In this document: positions 59,533 to 64,000 of the stretch, one piece after another
Numbering within the stretch: position 1 is the stretch's first letter
Layout: every line of letters begins with the position of its first letter
Origin: an uncultured Anaerolineaceae bacterium
GTDB lineage: Bacteria > Chloroflexota > Anaerolineae > Anaerolineales > E44-bin32
Direction: 5' to 3'
DNA length: 64,000 nucleotides
Assembly: GCA_964475265.1 (NCBI GenBank)
Contig: CAYYVY010000009.1
Coordinates: 1,002-65,001 of the forward strand
Program-made: the position numbers and the translations under genes
Notes under the pieces: generated by a model
Told to the model about the DNA's origin: nothing
Database searches by the model: none
Seen by the model: the letters and a program-made list of their open reading frames with translations, nothing else

Positions 59533-60365
59533 CGAAAAATCTCCGTCGCCTGTTCTAAGGTAACCGGTAAGTCGCCGTCCGCCGTGGCTGCGCCACGTTC
59601 ACGAGCCGATCGCGCCGCACGCGTGAAGCGCGTGGGTTGAAGCCCGGTGGCATCCAGTTCGGAAGAGGTAAGCACACTTCGAGGCGGGCCGTCAGCGATG
59701 ACATGTCCCTCAGCCAGCAGCAATACTCGATCCGAAAATCGGGCCAGCCATTCCAACTTGTGCTCGACCAGCACCACGGTTTGTTCTTCCTCTTGCACCA
59801 TGCGCTGCAGCGCTAGAAACAGATCCCGCGTACCGACCGGATCCAACTGACTCGTTGGTTCGTCCAGCACGAGCACGCGCGGCCGCATGGCAATCATCGA
59901 CGCCAGCGCCAGACGCTGCTGCTGCCCACCCGATAAATCGAAAGGAGAGCGGTCGGATATTTCCTGCAAGCCCATCATGTTCAGCGCCCAGTTCACGCGG
60001 TCGATGATTTCCTCCCGCGGCAGGCCCAGGTTTTCGAGCCCGAAAGCGACCTCCTCGCCCACTGAAAATTGCGAGCCCGTAATCTGGTTGAAGGGGTTTT
60101 GAAACACGAGACCGATGTCCCCGGCGATCTCGCCCAACGGCGTTTCGCTGATGTTTTTCGTCCCGACGGTGACCCGTCCTGACAGTCTGCCGTGAAAGAA
60201 GTGGGGAATAAACCCGGTGAGTGCGTAACACAGCGTCGACTTCCCTGCCTCGTTCGGTCCGGCGATGCCGCAGAATTGCCCGGCGGGAATCGTCAGGTCG
60301 ATCTCCTGCAGCGCGAGTTCCTCGCTGCCAGGATAGCGATAGGATAGATTCTCGACCCGAATCAT
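59529..60365 (-). CDS. ECF transporter ATPase (A)
   Basis: [25 protein letters not shown]. Confidence 0.9.
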   Translation of the reverse strand: MIRVENLSYRYPGSEELALQEIDLTIPAGQFCGIAGPNEAGKSTLCYALTGFIPHFFHGRLSGRVTVGTKNISETPLGEIAGDIGLVFQNPFNQITGSQFSVGEEVAFGLENLGLPREEIIDRVNWALNMMGLQEISDRSPFDLSGGQQQRLALASMIAMRPRVLVLDEPTSQLDPVGTRDLFLALQRMVQEEEQTVVLVEHKLEWLARFSDRVLLLAEGHVIADGPPRSVLTSSELDATGLQPTRFTRAARSARERGAATADGDLPVTLEQATEIFR

Positions 60366-61141
60366 GACGTCCGCCTCACGATCCAGGCTGCGATCAGCGC
60401 CAACATGACGAGAAGGCAAACCCAGCGCAGAACGGATTGGCTTTTCGAATCCGCCAGCTCGGTCAGGCTCGTCCTTGGTCCATGGCGGCTGAAAGCACGT
60501 GCCTCCAGTGCGATGGCGCGTTCGTCCAATTCCAGAATGCTGCCGAGGATCAACGGCGCCACGAGAGGAACCAGCATGCGCAAGCGGTGGATCAAGGATC
60601 CTTCGGTTTCCAACCCGCGGGAGCGCTGTGCATCGAGGATGCCCTGTGCTTTATCCTGGAAGCGGGGGATGATTTGCAGAGCGGTGAGGATGATGTAGGC
60701 AATTTGGCGCGGCATGCCGCGTTCGATCAACGCCAGCATCAATTTATCGGGACGGGTGACAATCATCATCAACGTCGCTGCGCCCAGCCACACCAACAAA
60801 CGCACGGTGAAATGCGCCGCCAGCCACAGACCTTCCTCCTTGAGCGAAAGGGGTCCGAGCTGCAAGAGCACGTGTTCGCCGTGGGCGAAGAAACCCTGGA
60901 TGAGGAAGAGCGACAGGGCGAAGGGCCAGATCAACAGCGCGTTGCTCTTGAGAAAGGGTTGAAAGACCCGACCACAGGCAGCCAGCGGCAGCAGTCCAAG
61001 GATGTACAGCGCCAGCAGCCACCACAAGTTGGGCAAGGTGGCTGCGGCCACGAAGAATACGCCCATCATGGCGATCTTCGTGAGCGGATGAAGGGCGTGC
61101 AGCTCGCTGGAGCGGGGGATGTAGAGTGTCGGTGTGCTCAT
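60362..61141 (-). CDS. ECF transporter T component
   Basis: LHPLTK, AQRSRG and ALEARAF motifs. Confidence 0.9.
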   Translation of the reverse strand: MSTPTLYIPRSSELHALHPLTKIAMMGVFFVAAATLPNLWWLLALYILGLLPLAACGRVFQPFLKSNALLIWPFALSLFLIQGFFAHGEHVLLQLGPLSLKEEGLWLAAHFTVRLLVWLGAATLMMIVTRPDKLMLALIERGMPRQIAYIILTALQIIPRFQDKAQGILDAQRSRGLETEGSLIHRLRMLVPLVAPLILGSILELDERAIALEARAFSRHGPRTSLTELADSKSQSVLRWVCLLVMLALIAAWIVRRTS

Positions 61142-61232
61142 CGAATAACCGCGTGTTTCTCCGCCCACTGCCACGCGCAGCAGCAGGCTGCTTTTAGGCT
61201 CGCGGTCATTTCCCGAATCTGGAGATCGATAT

Positions 61233-61808
61233 TTACTCCTGGGAAAAGCGTGCCATGAAGCGATCCGGCAGGGCAAGCAAGATGGCCCAGATGATGAAGA
61301 AGGTAACCGCTTTGTCGATCGGATCGGAGACCACGCCCTGTGCCATGTTGGCGCCGAGCATGTCGAGTCCCGCACCTCGGAACATGGCCACGAGCGCATC
61401 CGTGCCGCTGCCCGTCACGCCGCCGAAAACGTAGGCTGCGATGGGCGCCGACAGCACGGCGGCGATGATGCCCGTGATCAAGCCGGCGATGACGGACTTC
61501 CACCAGACCTTCATCCAGTCACCCGTGCGGAATGCCCCCGCCAACGCGCCGATAATCGCTGCTACACCGGCCCAGGCAACCGCCTCGGGGAACAGGCCCG
61601 TGATGGTCCACACGAAGTTGGCCAGCAGCCCGGTCAGCGCTCCGGCCCAGGGCCCGACGAGCACGCCCACGAGCACCGTGCCGATCGAATCCAGATAAAG
61701 CGGGACCTTGAGCGATAGGACGAGCTGTCCCACGGCGACGTTGATGGCAATCGCCACCGGAATCAGTACGAGCGTCAATGTCGTGAACTCGCGTCGAATT
61801 CGATCCAT
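61233..61808 (-). CDS. ECF transporter S component (substrate unknown)
   Basis: About 190 aa, hydrophobic; PLYLDSIGTVL...GPWAG; SDPIDK; GGAGG RBS. Confidence 0.85.
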   Translation of the reverse strand: MDRIRREFTTLTLVLIPVAIAINVAVGQLVLSLKVPLYLDSIGTVLVGVLVGPWAGALTGLLANFVWTITGLFPEAVAWAGVAAIIGALAGAFRTGDWMKVWWKSVIAGLITGIIAAVLSAPIAAYVFGGVTGSGTDALVAMFRGAGLDMLGANMAQGVVSDPIDKAVTFFIIWAILLALPDRFMARFSQE

Positions 61809-62146
61809 GGCAATACCTCCCTCTTATAAGTGTCTACCTAAAATGAACTATACGTCAGGCGCGTCTTTGAGTCCAGTGCGATTTTTCGAGATCGGTAAAT
61901 CGCCATTGAAAACGTAGATTGCAGCCGGGTGGCAGGAGGCGGTAAACTCCCGAGCATCCCTCATGCAGACTATGAGCGGCGATTAAAGCGTGATACAAAT
62001 AAATATCGATTTGGACGTGGTAGTTGAATTCTTGACAATGATTTATCCGAGTTATTCGATACGTGGAAAAGTGTTCTCTCGGCGATCATACGATTGTGTA
62101 TGTGTGTCTCGCTGTTAAACCTTGATCTAAAAAAATGGAGGGCCCA

Positions 62147-62899
62147 ATGTCGTTTAAACCTTCACAACGCGCCGTTGTATGGGGGATTGCTACCCTGTTG
62201 AGTTTGCTTCTGATCACGACCCTGATGTCGTGCAGCGCGGCCGGAACATCTGGTCCGGCGGAAGACGGATCCACGGGGCAGGGAGATTCATCTGCGGATT
62301 CTGGACAAATTGGAGAGCCTCTCGGGGAAGCCGCCGGATCGGCCGGGGATTTCTCCGGGGAGGGTACGCCGATAAGCTCGTGCCCCGAAGGCCCTATGTT
62401 CATGGAAGTCCAGATGTTCGAGAGCTGGGCCTGGGCGCCTGGCGGGCAAGAGGAATTCGGCCAAATCGACGGTGGGGGAACGGTGACCTGCATGGTGGAG
62501 ATCTCCGGATCCAAGGTGACCGGTGAAGTCAATTGTTACTTCGATTATTCCAACGAAGGTACCCTGCAAGGAGAATCCGGGTCGTGCGAAATCAAAGGCC
62601 AGGGAGTCGCTTTAGCCAAAATAACGGGCAGTTGTGATAATTTAACACTCACCCTGCATGTCGAAGAACTCACCGCGGGTGATGAAACGGGCGAAATGCC
62701 CCTGGATGCGACGATGAAATGCGGGAATAAAACCACCCCCTACTTAACCTTTTACCCAAGGACCTATGTCACGTTCGATGTCCCTCTCCGAGCCGGCGAA
62801 TTCGAATACGTAATGGAAAAAAGGGCATGCATGGTGGATTTCGTCGAATGTTCCAAAAAGTACCTTTTCCGCGTGCACGATGCCGAGTTCCAGGAGTAG
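62147..62899 (+). CDS. Cys-rich lipoprotein, paralog of the N-terminal domain of 15658..16845
   Basis: LMSC lipobox; CYFDYSNEG...CEIKGQ...GSC...TFYP matches CRIEYTNDG...CNLTGQ...AGC...TFYP. Confidence 0.7.
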   Translation: MSFKPSQRAVVWGIATLLSLLLITTLMSCSAAGTSGPAEDGSTGQGDSSADSGQIGEPLGEAAGSAGDFSGEGTPISSCPEGPMFMEVQMFESWAWAPGGQEEFGQIDGGGTVTCMVEISGSKVTGEVNCYFDYSNEGTLQGESGSCEIKGQGVALAKITGSCDNLTLTLHVEELTAGDETGEMPLDATMKCGNKTTPYLTFYPRTYVTFDVPLRAGEFEYVMEKRACMVDFVECSKKYLFRVHDAEFQE

Positions 62900-62940
62900 C
62901 GCTGATCTAAAATTTATCGGTCAGATGATCGTTTTCGATA

Positions 62941-64000
62941 TTACAACTTTATATCGGATGGTTTTCCGGTTTCAATAATTTCGACCAATCCCCGGCCTCC
63001 GTTGACACGAATCCGATCCCCGGTTTTTAAACGCATCGTCGCATCACCGCAGCCGACGACGGCCGGGATTCCCAGCTCTCGGGCAACGATAGCGGCGTGA
63101 CTGAGCGGCGCGCCCAGGTCGGTGAGGATCGCCGCGGCGCGCGGGAAGAGCGGAGTCCAGCCGATGTTGGTCAGGGTTGTGACCAGGATTTCGCCCGCTT
63201 GGAATTGGTCGCTGTCTTCCAGGCGATCCAGCCTGCGCACGATCCCTTCGACGATGCCGAGCGCCCCGGGTACGCCCCTGATCGTATCGGTTGCTTCCTC
63301 GATGCTTTCAATGCCGGACGCATTTGCGTTGTAGATGTCGCTGCGTCGATTCGCACTCGCAGCCCATTCGAAGGGGTCGAATCGTCCGACGATGATCGTC
63401 GGGTACGGCGGAAGGGCACGGTATCGCTCGTGGGTTTCTTTTCGCCCGGGTATGAATCGACGCGCGGTGGCATCACCCGCAAGCAGGGCCAAAATCTCCT
63501 CTATGGTCAGGAAGAACACATCTTCTCCGACGCCGATTAGCTCGCCGGCTCGCAAGGCAAAGGCGCGAATCACCATCGAACAGCGTGTCGATTCCGAGCG
63601 CACTGCTTCCCGCTGATGTGCGGCGAGGGCGGCCTTTCCCAGGCGTTTTTGCATCGATTGAACTTTGCGTGGATAGCGCTCCCAGAATCGCTGCCATGCG
63701 GCTTCGTATGCCACTTTCTGTTTGGCCATAAGTGAATCGATGTCTACCGGATTTTTCGCAAACTCGTCGAGTTGGTGATCGAGCCAGGATGGATCCTCCA
63801 GGGGACGCGGCCAGGCGTATTCGACTTCGTTCTCGCCCCGATGTCCGTATGCTTCCATGTATTCCTGGCGGCTCATCTCGCCGCTCGCCACCTTGCCGAT
63901 TCCGGTCAGTGGTCCGAGGCTTTCCAGCGGCGATGCCAAGCCGCTGAGATTGGACAGCAGCGCGTTGGCGTCCTCCGTCCCGACCAGTTCGCGCAACTCG
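62941..64000 (-). CDS. PEP-utilising phosphotransferase (PEP synthase / rifampin phosphotransferase-like), C-terminal part
   Basis: YGHRG; swivelling His domain TNIGWTPLF...GAPLSHAAIVARELGIPAVVG at the C-terminus. Confidence 0.85.
   Translation of the reverse strand, partial: ELRELVGTEDANALLSNLSGLASPLESLGPLTGIGKVASGEMSRQEYMEAYGHRGENEVEYAWPRPLEDPSWLDHQLDEFAKNPVDIDSLMAKQKVAYEAAWQRFWERYPRKVQSMQKRLGKAALAAHQREAVRSESTRCSMVIRAFALRAGELIGVGEDVFFLTIEEILALLAGDATARRFIPGRKETHERYRALPPYPTIIVGRFDPFEWAASANRRSDIYNANASGIESIEEATDTIRGVPGALGIVEGIVRRLDRLEDSDQFQAGEILVTTLTNIGWTPLFPRAAAILTDLGAPLSHAAIVARELGIPAVVGCGDATMRLKTGDRIRVNGGRGLVEIIETGKPSDIKL

Overview
Gene-dense bacterial window of moderate GC, most consistent with an Anaerolineae/Chloroflexota-type genome (inferred from gene content, not verified). 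No rRNA, tRNA, CRISPR array or transposase was recognised. In order: a nucleic-acid-processing run (ssb, DUF3467-like, translin family, split membrane-anchored solo Cas4-like nuclease, NAD kinase); MarR plus a heterodimeric ABC exporter; an accessory region with four DUF4386-like membrane proteins and two MalT-type LuxR/STAND regulators, each followed by a small ACT-like gene; a selenium-linked operon; a NarL-type two-component system; a cluster of LRR, HEAT, WD40, TPR-like, YbjN and Zn-finger genes; two neighbouring interrupted genes; a MacB/FtsX-type ABC system; an OatA-like acyltransferase; hom; a PfkB kinase with an ECF transporter; and a partial PEP-utilising enzyme. Main finding: ORFs 29282..29599 and 28634..29227 are one gene (28634..29581, minus strand). 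Its in-frame UGA (29282-29284) aligns with a Cys conserved in two paralogs in this window and is followed by a SECIS-like hairpin. This suggests a selenocysteine-containing YCF48/BNR beta-propeller lipoprotein. It is followed by a Cys-type paralog, a cysteine desulfurase/Sec lyase, DUF3343 and a YedE-type selenium transporter, which together look like an undescribed selenium capture or recycling system.
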